From an uncultured Clostridia bacterium (GTDB taxonomy: Bacteria; Bacillota; Clostridia; Christensenellales; UBA1242), in NCBI GenBank assembly GCA_944350275.1, contig CALVOK010000043.1, positions 24,411 to 88,410 on the forward strand: a stretch of DNA of 64,000 nt. The letters run 5' to 3'. Positions 54,934 through 64,000 of the stretch are shown here, one piece after another. Position 1 is the stretch's first letter. Every line of letters starts with the position of its first letter. The notes below the pieces were generated by a model, which made no database searches, was not told where the DNA came from, and worked only from the letters and a program-made list of their open reading frames with translations. Made by a program: the position numbers and the translations under genes.

Positions 54934-56712
54934 TCAATATTTTATCAGTTTTTTCCAGTCGTCAAGCATTCTTTCAAGATAGTTAAAGCAAGAGGTAAAT
55001 GTGTTCTCATCCATTAAATCTACACCAGAATTTTGAAGAATTTTGACAGGATTATCACTCTCACCTGTCGACAAAAACTTGATATAATCTTTTAGTGCGT
55101 CTTTGTCATGAGATAGTATTTTGTTTGCAAATGTTATGGCACTTATCATGCCTGTTGCATACTTAAACACATAAAAGGCATTGTAAAAGTGTGGTATTCT
55201 CGCCCACTCGTAACGTATTTGGTCAATAAGTTTTACAGGTCCAAAATATTTCTTGTTTAAAACATAATATATTCCGCAAAGTCTGTCTTTTGTCAAAGGC
55301 TCGCCTTTTTCGTAGAGGCTATGCACTTTTTCCTCAAATTCGGCAAACATGGTCTGTCTGTAAATTGTACCTTTAACTTCATCAAAGAGTTTGTTGTAAA
55401 GTGCTATCTTTTCATCCTTTTTGTGAGTTGTTTGCAAAAGATAATTTATAAGCAACATTTCATTTGTGGTGCTTGCAATCTCGGCTAAGAAAATTGGATA
55501 GTATGCCTTTGAGTATGGTTGCGACCTATTTGAATAGTATGAGTGCATTGCATGACCAAGTTCATGGGCTAGAGTGAAAATAGATTCAAGGTCGCCCTCA
55601 AAGTTTGTCATAACATAAGGGTGGGTTTCATAAATTGCAGTTTCAAACGCACCCGAACTTTTGTCTTTATTTGGATAGACATCTATCCATCTCTCATCCT
55701 TTGCCCTTTGGATAAGGCTAACATACTCCTCGCCAAGAGGTGCAACCGCCTTTTTGATAATCTCTATAGCCTCATTGTAAGTATATTTTTTGTCGCCAAA
55801 TTTACCAACGTCTGCCATGGTATCATAAAGATACATTTTATCTTCGCCAAGCAGTTTTTGCTTTACAGAAAAGTATGAAAATAGCAAATTAAGATTCTTT
55901 CCAACCTGTGAAATTAAGGTATCGTAGACCTTTTTGTCTATCTCCTCGCTGTTAAGTTCCCTTTCAAGAGCAGATTTATATTTTCGCACTTTTGCAAAGT
56001 AACAGTTTGCCTTTACCTCATTTATATAGTTATTTGCAAAGGTATTGATAAACTTTCCATATATGCCGTTCATCCTTTCCATTGCAAGTTTTCGCAGTTT
56101 TCTGTCGCTACTTCGCACTAATGACGAATAAGAAGAATGATTGAGTTCGTGCTTATTTCCGTTTGAGTCTCGCACCTCTCCAAATTTAATATCTACATCA
56201 CTTAGCATATCCATATTGGAAGAAAAACCTGACAAAAAGTTCATGCCAGAGAGCAACTTCTCTTCGCTTTTTGATAGCGAGTGTTTTTTATTTCTCTTGA
56301 TGTTTTCAAAGAGTCTATTATAATCTTTGAAGTTTTCGTCTTTAGTTATATCATCAAGCATGGCAAGAGGAAGTTTGTTAAGTTCGCTCGTGGCAAAACT
56401 TGTTTCCACAGAAATGTTGTTTAAAATATGAGAAATCTTTTCGCTCATCTCCTGCCTGTCATTATCAGAAAGAATTTCATTTGACTTAAGATGTGCATAT
56501 AACATAAGCGGTTCAACATACTTTGAAAATTTTTCGTCAAGTTTTAAATAATTTAAAATATTTTCCTTGTTATTTAATTTTCCTTCAAAACTCTTAATTT
56601 GTGGTAAAAAATCATTGATTTTTTCAATTTTTTCATAAAATTCCTGGTCATTCTTGCATAAAACACTTAAATCCCATTTATATTTTTCTTCAATCTCATC
56701 TCTATTTTTCAT
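54934..56712 (-). CDS. pepF: Oligoendopeptidase F (M3B family)
   Basis: 592 aa with HELGHAMH (HExxH), a downstream EIAS region and overall PepF-like helical architecture. Confidence 0.88.
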   Translation of the reverse strand: MKNRDEIEEKYKWDLSVLCKNDQEFYEKIEKINDFLPQIKSFEGKLNNKENILNYLKLDEKFSKYVEPLMLYAHLKSNEILSDNDRQEMSEKISHILNNISVETSFATSELNKLPLAMLDDITKDENFKDYNRLFENIKRNKKHSLSKSEEKLLSGMNFLSGFSSNMDMLSDVDIKFGEVRDSNGNKHELNHSSYSSLVRSSDRKLRKLAMERMNGIYGKFINTFANNYINEVKANCYFAKVRKYKSALERELNSEEIDKKVYDTLISQVGKNLNLLFSYFSVKQKLLGEDKMYLYDTMADVGKFGDKKYTYNEAIEIIKKAVAPLGEEYVSLIQRAKDERWIDVYPNKDKSSGAFETAIYETHPYVMTNFEGDLESIFTLAHELGHAMHSYYSNRSQPYSKAYYPIFLAEIASTTNEMLLINYLLQTTHKKDEKIALYNKLFDEVKGTIYRQTMFAEFEEKVHSLYEKGEPLTKDRLCGIYYVLNKKYFGPVKLIDQIRYEWARIPHFYNAFYVFKYATGMISAITFANKILSHDKDALKDYIKFLSTGESDNPVKILQNSGVDLMDENTFTSCFNYLERMLDDWKKLIKY

Positions 56713-56847
56713 GTTAAATCTCCTGTTTAAACTGTCTATTTTTTATAATATTTTTAACTTATTAAATTTTTTCGAAATACTTTCACCTTGCATTAATTAA
56801 ACACCAAACCCATTTAATCATACACCAAACCTAATTATAAAGAGTTT

Positions 56848-57726
56848 TTATTTTAGAAAATATTTGTCTAGATAAAAATAGTTCCATGGTTTGTCACTCT
56901 CAAGCGGAGGACAGGCAAAGGTCATTTTTTGTTTGGTGGTTGGATGAATAAACTCAAGTCGCCCTGCCCAAAGTCCGAGATTTTTTGTGGGTTTAGTCTT
57001 GTCTTTTCCATATTTATTATCACCGTAAAGTGCACAGTTGATACCTGCAAACTGCACCCTGATTTGATGTGACCTGCCTGTGATAAGTTTTACCTCTACT
57101 AAGGCAAGGTCGTCATGTGTCTGCAAAACTTCGTAGGAAAGTTCTGCTCTTTTGACAAACTTTTCACCCTGCGGAACAATCTTGACAATATTATTTCTTT
57201 CATCCTTTTTTAAATAGTTAATAAGTTTGCCTTTTCTTAACTGAGGAATTTTTGTGGTGACCGCATAGTAGGTCTTTTTCATCTCCCCATCCCTTATCTG
57301 CTGAGACAGTCTGCTTGCTGTTTTAGAATTCTTAGCAAAGACCATAATTCCACCCGTTGACCTGTCAAGTCTATGCACAAGCCCGACGAATGCCTCACCT
57401 ACCTTATTGTATTTTTCTTTAATATACCTCTTCACCTTTGACAGCATATCATCGTCACCTGTTATATCACTTTGAGAGGGAACATTCTGTGGCTTTACTA
57501 CCACTATTAAATGATTGTCCTCATATAGCACAGTAAGGTTTTCACTTTGTGGTAATTGTTTTTCATTTGAATTTTTATTTTGTGATAATGGTTTTTCGTT
57601 TTGTGATAATTCAACATTTTTATCAAAATTTTCATTTTTTAACGTTTTTTCGTGATTTTTTAACGTTTTTTCACTGTTTTTTTCTATATTTTCTTGATTT
57701 TTTATTGTTTTTACATTATTTTCCAT
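56848..57726 (-). CDS. RluA-family pseudouridine synthase with an N-terminal N/E/K-rich low-complexity extension (start uncertain; the open frame extends to 57786)
   Basis: Catalytic HRLDRSTGGIMVFAKN, with the core beginning around LTVLYEDNHLIVVVKP. The ATG at 57726 is preceded by the RBS aggaagag and avoids overlap with the upstream gene. Confidence 0.8.
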   Translation of the reverse strand: MENNVKTIKNQENIEKNSEKTLKNHEKTLKNENFDKNVELSQNEKPLSQNKNSNEKQLPQSENLTVLYEDNHLIVVVKPQNVPSQSDITGDDDMLSKVKRYIKEKYNKVGEAFVGLVHRLDRSTGGIMVFAKNSKTASRLSQQIRDGEMKKTYYAVTTKIPQLRKGKLINYLKKDERNNIVKIVPQGEKFVKRAELSYEVLQTHDDLALVEVKLITGRSHQIRVQFAGINCALYGDNKYGKDKTKPTKNLGLWAGRLEFIHPTTKQKMTFACPPLESDKPWNYFYLDKYFLK

Positions 57727-57752
57727 ATTTTTATCTCTTCCTATATCCTTAT

Positions 57753-58601
57753 TTATTTCCATATTTTTATACCCCTCGCTCCGCATGGAAGGACTATTTT
57801 TTCATCTGTCGGAAGCCCTATCTCGTCGGCATCAATGTTCCCCTCGCCAAAGACAAGCGTCAAAATATTTTTAAGCACACTTGCTTGAAGTCCTGTCGTA
57901 TAGGATGAAATTAATACAAACAAGGGTTTATCTGAAAGTACCTTTTTTGTAAGAGAGACAAAGTCAAATAGGTTATCTTCGAGTTTCCACATCTGTCCAT
58001 TTGTTCCTCGTCCATAACTTGGCGGGTCCATTATAATTGCATCATAGAAATTGCCTCGTCGCAACTCCCTTTCAATAAACTTTTGACAATCATCTACAAT
58101 GTATCTTATATTTGTTATGTTATTTAAATGTGCGTTCTCCTTTGCCCGCTCCACCATTCCTTTGCTTGCGTCAACATGAGTTACACCTGCCCCAGCCTTT
58201 GCACAAACAACAGAGGCACCACCTGTATAGGCGAAAAGGTTTAGCACTTTAATCGGTCTCTTTGCCTCGCTTATAAGGTTTGTCATATCCTCCCAATTTA
58301 CCGCCTGCTCAGGAAAGAGTCCTGTATGTTTGAACCCCATCGGTTTTATTATAAATTTTAAACCTTTCCAGGAAATCTGCCACTGCTCTGGGATACTATT
58401 TAAAAACTTCCAACTTCCACCGCCTGATGATGAACGCAAATAGTGACCGTCAAGTTTATCAAATTTTGACAAATCACCTCTCGCGTGCCATATAACCTGT
58501 GGGTCGGGTCGCAGAAGATAGTACTTCCCCCATCTCTCAAGTTTTTCACCGTCGCCTGTCGCTATAACCTCAAAATCTTTCCAACCATTTGCTGTTTTCA
58601 T
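57753..58601 (-). CDS. Class I SAM-dependent (RlmI/YwbD-like) RNA methyltransferase
   Basis: The start at 58601 (MKTANGWKDFEV...) is preferred, because the longer track ORF would run through the divergent promoter. SAM-binding motif VLNLFAYTGGASV, and IIMDPPSYG. Confidence 0.8.
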   Translation of the reverse strand: MKTANGWKDFEVIATGDGEKLERWGKYYLLRPDPQVIWHARGDLSKFDKLDGHYLRSSSGGGSWKFLNSIPEQWQISWKGLKFIIKPMGFKHTGLFPEQAVNWEDMTNLISEAKRPIKVLNLFAYTGGASVVCAKAGAGVTHVDASKGMVERAKENAHLNNITNIRYIVDDCQKFIERELRRGNFYDAIIMDPPSYGRGTNGQMWKLEDNLFDFVSLTKKVLSDKPLFVLISSYTTGLQASVLKNILTLVFGEGNIDADEIGLPTDEKIVLPCGARGIKIWK

Positions 58602-58693
58602 AAATGTTCCTTTTACAAACTTTTCTTTATATAAAGTATAACAAAATATTACAATTTTATCAATAAAATTAAAGAACATTTTTGATTTTGGTG

Positions 58694-58722
58694 TTGACAA
58701 AGCATGCTTTTCATGTTATAAT
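58694..58722 (+). promoter_or_regulatory. Consensus sigma-A promoter (TTGACA, 17 nt spacer, TATAAT) for paralog A
   Basis: TTGACA at 58694-58699 and TATAAT at 58717-58722. RBS ggagg at 58735 and ATG at 58746. Confidence 0.75.
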
Positions 58723-58745
58723 TTCCTTAGATTTGGAGGTATGAT

Positions 58746-59405
58746 ATGTACATTTTTGATAATATAACAATGGCAATGATGGAACTTTATTCTATAGGCA
58801 AAAGTAGTTTAAAATATTCGGTTTATACTGACTATTTCATTTTAAAACTTGATGATATAAATCATAATAGTGAGGTCGCATCTCAATTTAGAACTCCTAT
58901 TCAAAACATCTCTGATATATTTATGGATAACTTTAATGAGATTTTCCTTGGTTACTCTTCGGAAAAGAAATCTTTTCTAAAAGAAAATGAAAAGGGAAAG
59001 TTGATTCGTGACACATTTTTTAAAGATGATAGCAATGGAAGTTTTGTCTATCTAGGCTCACTTATCAATTTAAGTGAGGATGTTAAAGAAAAACTAGAAC
59101 ACTACTTCAAGAACGCCCTGCTCTCACCTCATAATCTCCATTATGATTACTCGCAACGTATGCTTGATATTGACAAGTTCTCAAAACTTAGCGAAAACGA
59201 ATTGCTAAAATATAAAAAATTTATTGATGAAAATATAGATTGTTATGCCATACTGCTTACAAGAAACAACCTCAAAAATAAAGAAGATATGGTCAAAAAA
59301 TTATATAATTCTTGGCGAGAGAATATGTCAAGAAACAAACTTGACTATCGTCTCAATGCTTATGATAAGGCAACTGAGTTGCTTCTTGAAGAAGAAAAAG
59401 TATAA
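58746..59405 (+). CDS. Hypothetical protein, paralog A of a tandem pair
   Basis: 219 aa. It shares blocks with the next gene (MELY, YF.LKLD, S.VYLGS.I.L, LLSP, LLKYK.FID.NI.C, L.YR...Y.K). Confidence 0.65.
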   Translation: MYIFDNITMAMMELYSIGKSSLKYSVYTDYFILKLDDINHNSEVASQFRTPIQNISDIFMDNFNEIFLGYSSEKKSFLKENEKGKLIRDTFFKDDSNGSFVYLGSLINLSEDVKEKLEHYFKNALLSPHNLHYDYSQRMLDIDKFSKLSENELLKYKKFIDENIDCYAILLTRNNLKNKEDMVKKLYNSWRENMSRNKLDYRLNAYDKATELLLEEEKV

Positions 59406-59560
59406 ACCTTTAAAAATATAATTAGTTCTATTGCTAATTATATTTTTTAATATTTTTATTAATTTTTGTTTTTTGTAAAATTTATTGAAATTTATATGTT
59501 TTTCTTTATTAATATATTTTACAATATTTACCATCGCCTTTTATTTTTATAATTTTTTAT

Positions 59561-59589
59561 TTGACAAAGGACAGGATATGTTATAAAAT
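59561..59589 (+). promoter_or_regulatory. Sigma-A type promoter (TTGACA, 17 nt spacer, TAAAAT) for paralog B
   Basis: TTGACAAAG at 59561 has the same extended -35 sequence as at 58694. The -10 is at 59584-59589. RBS aggag and ATG at 59607. Confidence 0.6.
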
Positions 59590-59606
59590 TGTTATAGGAG
59601 AACAGC

Positions 59607-60239
59607 ATGAAAAATATAAAAAATATTAATATTGCCATTATGGAATTGTATCATAAGGCTGAAAGTGGACAGATAAAACAAGAGGTCGCTGAATACTTTA
59701 TTGACAAACTTGACACAATATGTCATGAAGTTAACTTTGCAAACAAAAGGTCGGGGCTACTTGCAAACAACCTAAATATTTTTAAGGAAGTTGGTGATAT
59801 ATCTACCTTTCTCACTCCAAAAATAAGTTTTGAGCAGGAAGTCGGCAAAAAAGAGATAAATCTTCATTTCATTGAAGATAAATACAGCGAAAATGCAAGA
59901 AAAGTTTTCTTTATGAAAGAGAGGGGTGGCTCTTATATCTATCTTGGTTCGGTGATTGACCTCGACAGCGAAATTGACAACGAGATATATCTAAATTTGA
60001 CAAAATCCCTGCTCTCACCTTACACCTACGAGCAAATTGCAGAGGACAAAGTGCTTTTTGAAAAACTTGATAAAAACTCACTTTTAAAATATAAATCTTT
60101 TATAGATAAAAATATAAAGTGCCTCTCATCAATGACAAAAGACGACAAAAAAATAATGCAAATATATCAGAAAAGTTTAGAAAAAGAAGATTTGTCGTAC
60201 AGGTTTGATGTATATAAGAAATTGGATAGCGAAAAATAA
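59607..60239 (+). CDS. Hypothetical protein, paralog B of a tandem pair
   Basis: 210 aa, colinear similarity to 58746..59405. Confidence 0.65.
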   Translation: MKNIKNINIAIMELYHKAESGQIKQEVAEYFIDKLDTICHEVNFANKRSGLLANNLNIFKEVGDISTFLTPKISFEQEVGKKEINLHFIEDKYSENARKVFFMKERGGSYIYLGSVIDLDSEIDNEIYLNLTKSLLSPYTYEQIAEDKVLFEKLDKNSLLKYKSFIDKNIKCLSSMTKDDKKIMQIYQKSLEKEDLSYRFDVYKKLDSEK

Positions 60240-60501
60240 ATTGTAAAAAATAAAAATTATTTTAATAAAATAATTTCAAAAAAAATCAGTGAAAATTGAA
60301 AATTATCTTAAAATTTGTTGTTTTTTAAGTTAAAATCATATTTTTTACTGATTTTTTCGTGTTTTTTATCAATTAAGTTGATATTTTTTTATTTTTTTAA
60401 TTATTTTTATTTTTCTATTTTTGTAATCTTAATTTATAATTTAAATTAATTTTAATTATTTTTTCATTTAATTAATTTTATATATTTTTAATTAAATTTG
60501 T

Positions 60502-63500
60502 CTAAATTCTTGATATTTTTACCTGGACACTCTTGCCGTTAAACTCAAACTTCATTTCACTTTCACCACTATTTCCAAGTTTTACACTATCACAAAGAGT
60601 GCCTTTTTTGATTGTGTCATTTAATTTAATGAGAGTATCAACAAGTTCTTTGTCGCCATCGAGTTGAATCTCAATGTGATTTACAACTTCAAAACCGCTC
60701 TCCTTTCTTAAATTTTGAACTTTTGAAACAAACTCCTTTACCATGCCCTTTTCTATCAAATCATCAGTAAGAGCGGTATCAAGTACGACGGTCATCTCAC
60801 CGTTTGTCTCACTTGAAAATCCCTCTTTGTTTTTAAGACCTATCAAGAGGTCGCTTTCAGTAAGTTCTACTTTTTCGCCATTTACATAAAATTCTAGCAC
60901 ACCACCACTGCGAACCTTGTTTACATTTTCAGCACTGCCTGCACCTAAAAGAAAATCTTTTATTCCACCGAGCAATTTGTTATACTTTGGACCAACAGAG
61001 CGAAGTTGTGGTTTTAACTGGTATGAGACGTACTCATCTGCATTGTGAAGAACCTCAATCTTTTCAACATTAAGTTCGTCAAGTATCAAGTCTTTTAGTT
61101 CGTCGTCAAGGCTAAGTTCACTGCTTGTACATACAATTACTTTCGCAAGAGGTTGACGGTTTTTAACATTGCTTGCACTTCGGCATGCTCTACCTAAATT
61201 CACTATTTCAAGCACTTTGTCCATGCCTTCATTTAAGCGAGTATCAATCATGCTCTCATCAGCGGTAGGATAGGCACAAAAATGTACACTCTCTGGTGCG
61301 GTTTTATCAAGGCTTCGCACAAGATTTTGATAAATCTCTTCAGCCATGAAAGGAACAAAAGGTGCTATCAACTTGCTTAATGATACAAGCACTTCGTAAA
61401 GGGTCTTGTATGCGGAAATCTTATCGTCACTCTCATCGCTCCCCCAAAATCTCTCTCTTGAACGTCTTATATACCAATTTGAAAGTCTATCTACAAAATC
61501 AGTTATTGCCTTTGCGGATGACTGCATATCATATTTTTCAAGGCAGGCATCCACGTATTTAATAAGCGAGTTATAATCGGAGAGTAGCCACCTATCAAGG
61601 AAAGACAGTTTGCAATCTTTAAGGTTATATTTGCAAGGGTCTATCTTATCAATTTCGGCATAGAGGGTGTAAAAATAATACACATTCCAAAGTGTGCCCA
61701 TAAATTTTCTTTGCAGGTCGACAAGGTTCTCTTCAATAAATGGAAGTGCCTGTGCTGGTGAGCAACTAGAGAAGAAATACCACCTCACACCATCGGCGCC
61801 ATACGTACCTAGCACATCCCAAGGGTCGACACCATTTTTAAGGCTCTTCGACATTTTAAGTCCGTGTTTATCAAGTATAAGTCCAAGCACGTTGCAGGCT
61901 TTGAATGGTGCCTTGTCAAATACTGCGGTGTTGACCGAGAGGAGCGTGTTAAACCAACCTCGTGTCTGGTCAATTGCCTCACTTATATAGTCAGCACAGA
62001 AAGCCTTTTCAAAAGTCTCCTTGTTCTCAAATGGATAGTGATATTGAGCAAACGGCATTGAACCGCTATCAAACCAGCAGTCCATTACCTCAGGTGTCCT
62101 ATGCATTATCTTGCCACATTTTTTGCAGTTAAAAGTTATCTTATCAAGGGTTGGTTTATGAAGGTCAAGTTCACCTGTAACACCTGATAGTTGTCTTAAC
62201 TCCTCGACACTTCCCACGACGTGAATGTGTCCGTTCTCACATTTCCAGAAAGGAAGAGGTGTTCCCCAATAACGATTTCGCGAGATATTCCAATCAATAT
62301 TGTTTGCAAGGAAGTTGCCCATGCGACCATTTTTGATATAGTCAGGTATCCAATTTATTTTCTGATTGTTCTCGACAAGTTGGTCTCGAATTGCAGTCGT
62401 CTTTACAAACCATGCATCTTGAGCATAGTACAAGAGCGGACTTTTACATCTCCAGCAGTGAGGATATGAGTGTTCAATTGGTTGCACTTTGAACAATTTA
62501 TCCTCATTTTTAAGTTTCTCAATGATGAGTTTATCTGCATCTTTGACAAACATACCACCAAAGTCGGTCTTATCACTCATCTTTCCGCTATCATCAACAA
62601 GTTGCACAAAGGTGAGCCCATATTTTATCCCAACTTTATAGTCATCCTCGCCAAAAGCACAGGCTATATGGACAATACCTGTTCCGTCCTCAGTGGTAAC
62701 ATAGTCATCCACCGTCACAAAATATCCCTTTTGCACCTCATTTTTCACATAATCAAACAGTGGCTGGTATTTATGGTATTCAAACTCCCTACCCTTCTTT
62801 GTGTAGACCTTTTCAATCTTATCTTCTTCAAACAGTGTGCCAATAAGTTTATCAAGCATGATATAGTTTTTGCCCTCAAAGATAAATTTGGTGTAATCTT
62901 CATTAGGGTTCATACAAAGGGCAATGTTTGACGGCAATGTCCAAGGTGTCGTTGTCCAAACAAGAAAATAGGTATTCTCTTCTTCTGCACTTTTCACCTT
63001 GACATAAACCGAATTTTCCTTTAAAATTTTGTAGTTATCGCCATTTTCAAGTTCGGCTTTTGAAAGAGATGTTCCACAACGTGGACAATAAGGAACCACC
63101 TTGTGACCTTGATAGATAAGTCCTTTTTTATCCATCTCTTTGAGTGCCCAAAAGACACTCTCAATGTAGGAGTTGTCATAGGTAATATATGGATTGTCCA
63201 TATCCACCCAATAACCTATTTTCTTAGTAAGGTCCTCCCACATAGATTTATACTGCCAAACAGATTTTTTGCATAGGTCTATAAACTTGTCAATGCCATA
63301 GTTCTCAATGTCCTTTTTGCCGTTGAAACCAAGCGACTTTTCAACCTCAACTTCAACAGGCAGACCATGAGTGTCCCAGCCTGCTTTGCGGTAAATATAG
63401 TAACCCTTCATTGCCTTAAATCTAGGGATAACATCCTTCATTGCCCTGGTAAGCACATGTCCAATATGTGGCTTACCATTTGCAGTTGGTGGACCATCGT

Positions 63501-63633
63501 GCAAAACAAAATACTTGTCACTGTTCTTGTTAAGCATAAGTCCTTTTTTGATAATGTCGTTCTCTTCCCAAAATTTTAAAATTTTGTTCTCATTTGCAAC
63601 GAAATCGAGTTTAGATTCAACCTTTTTATACAT
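60502..63633 (-). CDS. ileS: Isoleucine--tRNA ligase (long, type-2-like form)
   Basis: 1043 aa with HIGH-type motif (PHIGHVL), KMSKS (LKMSKSLKNG), CP1 editing domain and a Zn-finger-like CPRCG / CWRCK. Confidence 0.95.
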   Translation of the reverse strand: MYKKVESKLDFVANENKILKFWEENDIIKKGLMLNKNSDKYFVLHDGPPTANGKPHIGHVLTRAMKDVIPRFKAMKGYYIYRKAGWDTHGLPVEVEVEKSLGFNGKKDIENYGIDKFIDLCKKSVWQYKSMWEDLTKKIGYWVDMDNPYITYDNSYIESVFWALKEMDKKGLIYQGHKVVPYCPRCGTSLSKAELENGDNYKILKENSVYVKVKSAEEENTYFLVWTTTPWTLPSNIALCMNPNEDYTKFIFEGKNYIMLDKLIGTLFEEDKIEKVYTKKGREFEYHKYQPLFDYVKNEVQKGYFVTVDDYVTTEDGTGIVHIACAFGEDDYKVGIKYGLTFVQLVDDSGKMSDKTDFGGMFVKDADKLIIEKLKNEDKLFKVQPIEHSYPHCWRCKSPLLYYAQDAWFVKTTAIRDQLVENNQKINWIPDYIKNGRMGNFLANNIDWNISRNRYWGTPLPFWKCENGHIHVVGSVEELRQLSGVTGELDLHKPTLDKITFNCKKCGKIMHRTPEVMDCWFDSGSMPFAQYHYPFENKETFEKAFCADYISEAIDQTRGWFNTLLSVNTAVFDKAPFKACNVLGLILDKHGLKMSKSLKNGVDPWDVLGTYGADGVRWYFFSSCSPAQALPFIEENLVDLQRKFMGTLWNVYYFYTLYAEIDKIDPCKYNLKDCKLSFLDRWLLSDYNSLIKYVDACLEKYDMQSSAKAITDFVDRLSNWYIRRSRERFWGSDESDDKISAYKTLYEVLVSLSKLIAPFVPFMAEEIYQNLVRSLDKTAPESVHFCAYPTADESMIDTRLNEGMDKVLEIVNLGRACRSASNVKNRQPLAKVIVCTSSELSLDDELKDLILDELNVEKIEVLHNADEYVSYQLKPQLRSVGPKYNKLLGGIKDFLLGAGSAENVNKVRSGGVLEFYVNGEKVELTESDLLIGLKNKEGFSSETNGEMTVVLDTALTDDLIEKGMVKEFVSKVQNLRKESGFEVVNHIEIQLDGDKELVDTLIKLNDTIKKGTLCDSVKLGNSGESEMKFEFNGKSVQVKISRI

Positions 63634-63732
63634 AAACTTCTCCTTTATTAATGGCTATGACATAAAAACATGGTAAAATTGCAAAATTTTATAACTTTTA
63701 GATATTTTTATCGGCTATAGTGAGCATTTTTC

Positions 63733-63962
63733 AAAAAAACCGCACTAAGTTACAAGAACCTAGTACGGCAATTCAACCACTTGTAAACTTCTGCAGGCAA
63801 ACACCCACCTCATCTATAACGGGAATACCCGACTTTGACTACTAAGAATATCTTTTCGCCATCGCAACTCCGAAAGTGATAATCTAAATGCCTTCTTGTT
63901 GCCTTTCACCTGCCGACAACTCTCTGAAATGAACCTAGCAAATAGACCTTGTCTTTCATCAA
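63733..63962 (-). promoter_or_regulatory. T-box riboswitch leader (Ile specifier ATC) with terminator/antiterminator, upstream of ileS
   Basis: On the minus strand: GATGAAAG (K-turn region), AGAGAG bulge, GGTGAAAG distal loop, candidate specifier gattATCAc, F-box CCGTTA, antiterminator acaa[gTGGTt]gaa...ttcttgt with a UGGU bulge, and a competing terminator ccgtactaggtt...aacttagtgcgg followed by T7 (63733-63769). Confidence 0.75.
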
Positions 63963-64000
63963 CGTTTTTATGTACATATTTTAAATACGCATATATTTTA

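Noticed and set aside
57753-58700. The long N-terminal extension of the methyltransferase ORF (MSTPKSKMFFNF...) given in the track.
   Set aside because: The extension starts at a TTG that is actually the -35 hexamer (TTGACA, read on the opposite strand) of the divergent promoter. The conserved protein begins at MKTANGW (58601).

Overview
A chromosomal window from a low-GC Bacillota (Firmicutes)-type genome. The standard genetic code applies: TGA is used as a stop and tRNA-Trp carries a CCA anticodon. Coding regions are about 40% GC and the intergenic regions are extremely AT-rich.

Most of the roughly 55 genes are housekeeping:
- rlmH, tadA and groES-groEL
- Bacillus-type dnaB-dnaI helicase-loading genes
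- acpS, recX, tyrS and ung
- the conserved secG-rnr-smpB-ssrA(tmRNA) block
- a Y-family polymerase with its YolD-like partner
- glmS, a stand-alone GlmU-type acetyltransferase and glmM
- an ABC exporter (two ATPases plus a permease), pepF, an RluA-family pseudouridine synthase and a SAM-dependent methyltransferase
- ileS with an Ile T-box leader
- tRNA-Trp(CCA), tRNA-Pro(CGG) and tRNA-Gly(CCC)

Accessory content:
- a mazEF-like toxin-antitoxin pair next to acpS
- a 514-aa protein with a MazF/PemK-like domain embedded between unknown domains and an acidic repeat tail
- two Fic-family proteins, one Doc-like with Gln in place of the catalytic His
- two tandem CPBP proteases
- tandem paralogous orphan genes and several decayed genes

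The most unusual signal is non-coding. There are strand-asymmetric arrays of 10-bp or 20-bp 'words', each a GTCGA/GTTGA/GTCAA core followed by a T-tract, held in exact helical register. There is a purine-rich higher-order satellite. Two sequence-unrelated loci each form a perfect four-way-junction palindrome (a closing stem around three abutting perfect hairpins). A 446-bp MITE-like element with terminal inverted repeats and a target-site duplication sits between convergent genes.

No homology search or folding computation could be run. Every functional call rests on motifs read by eye.
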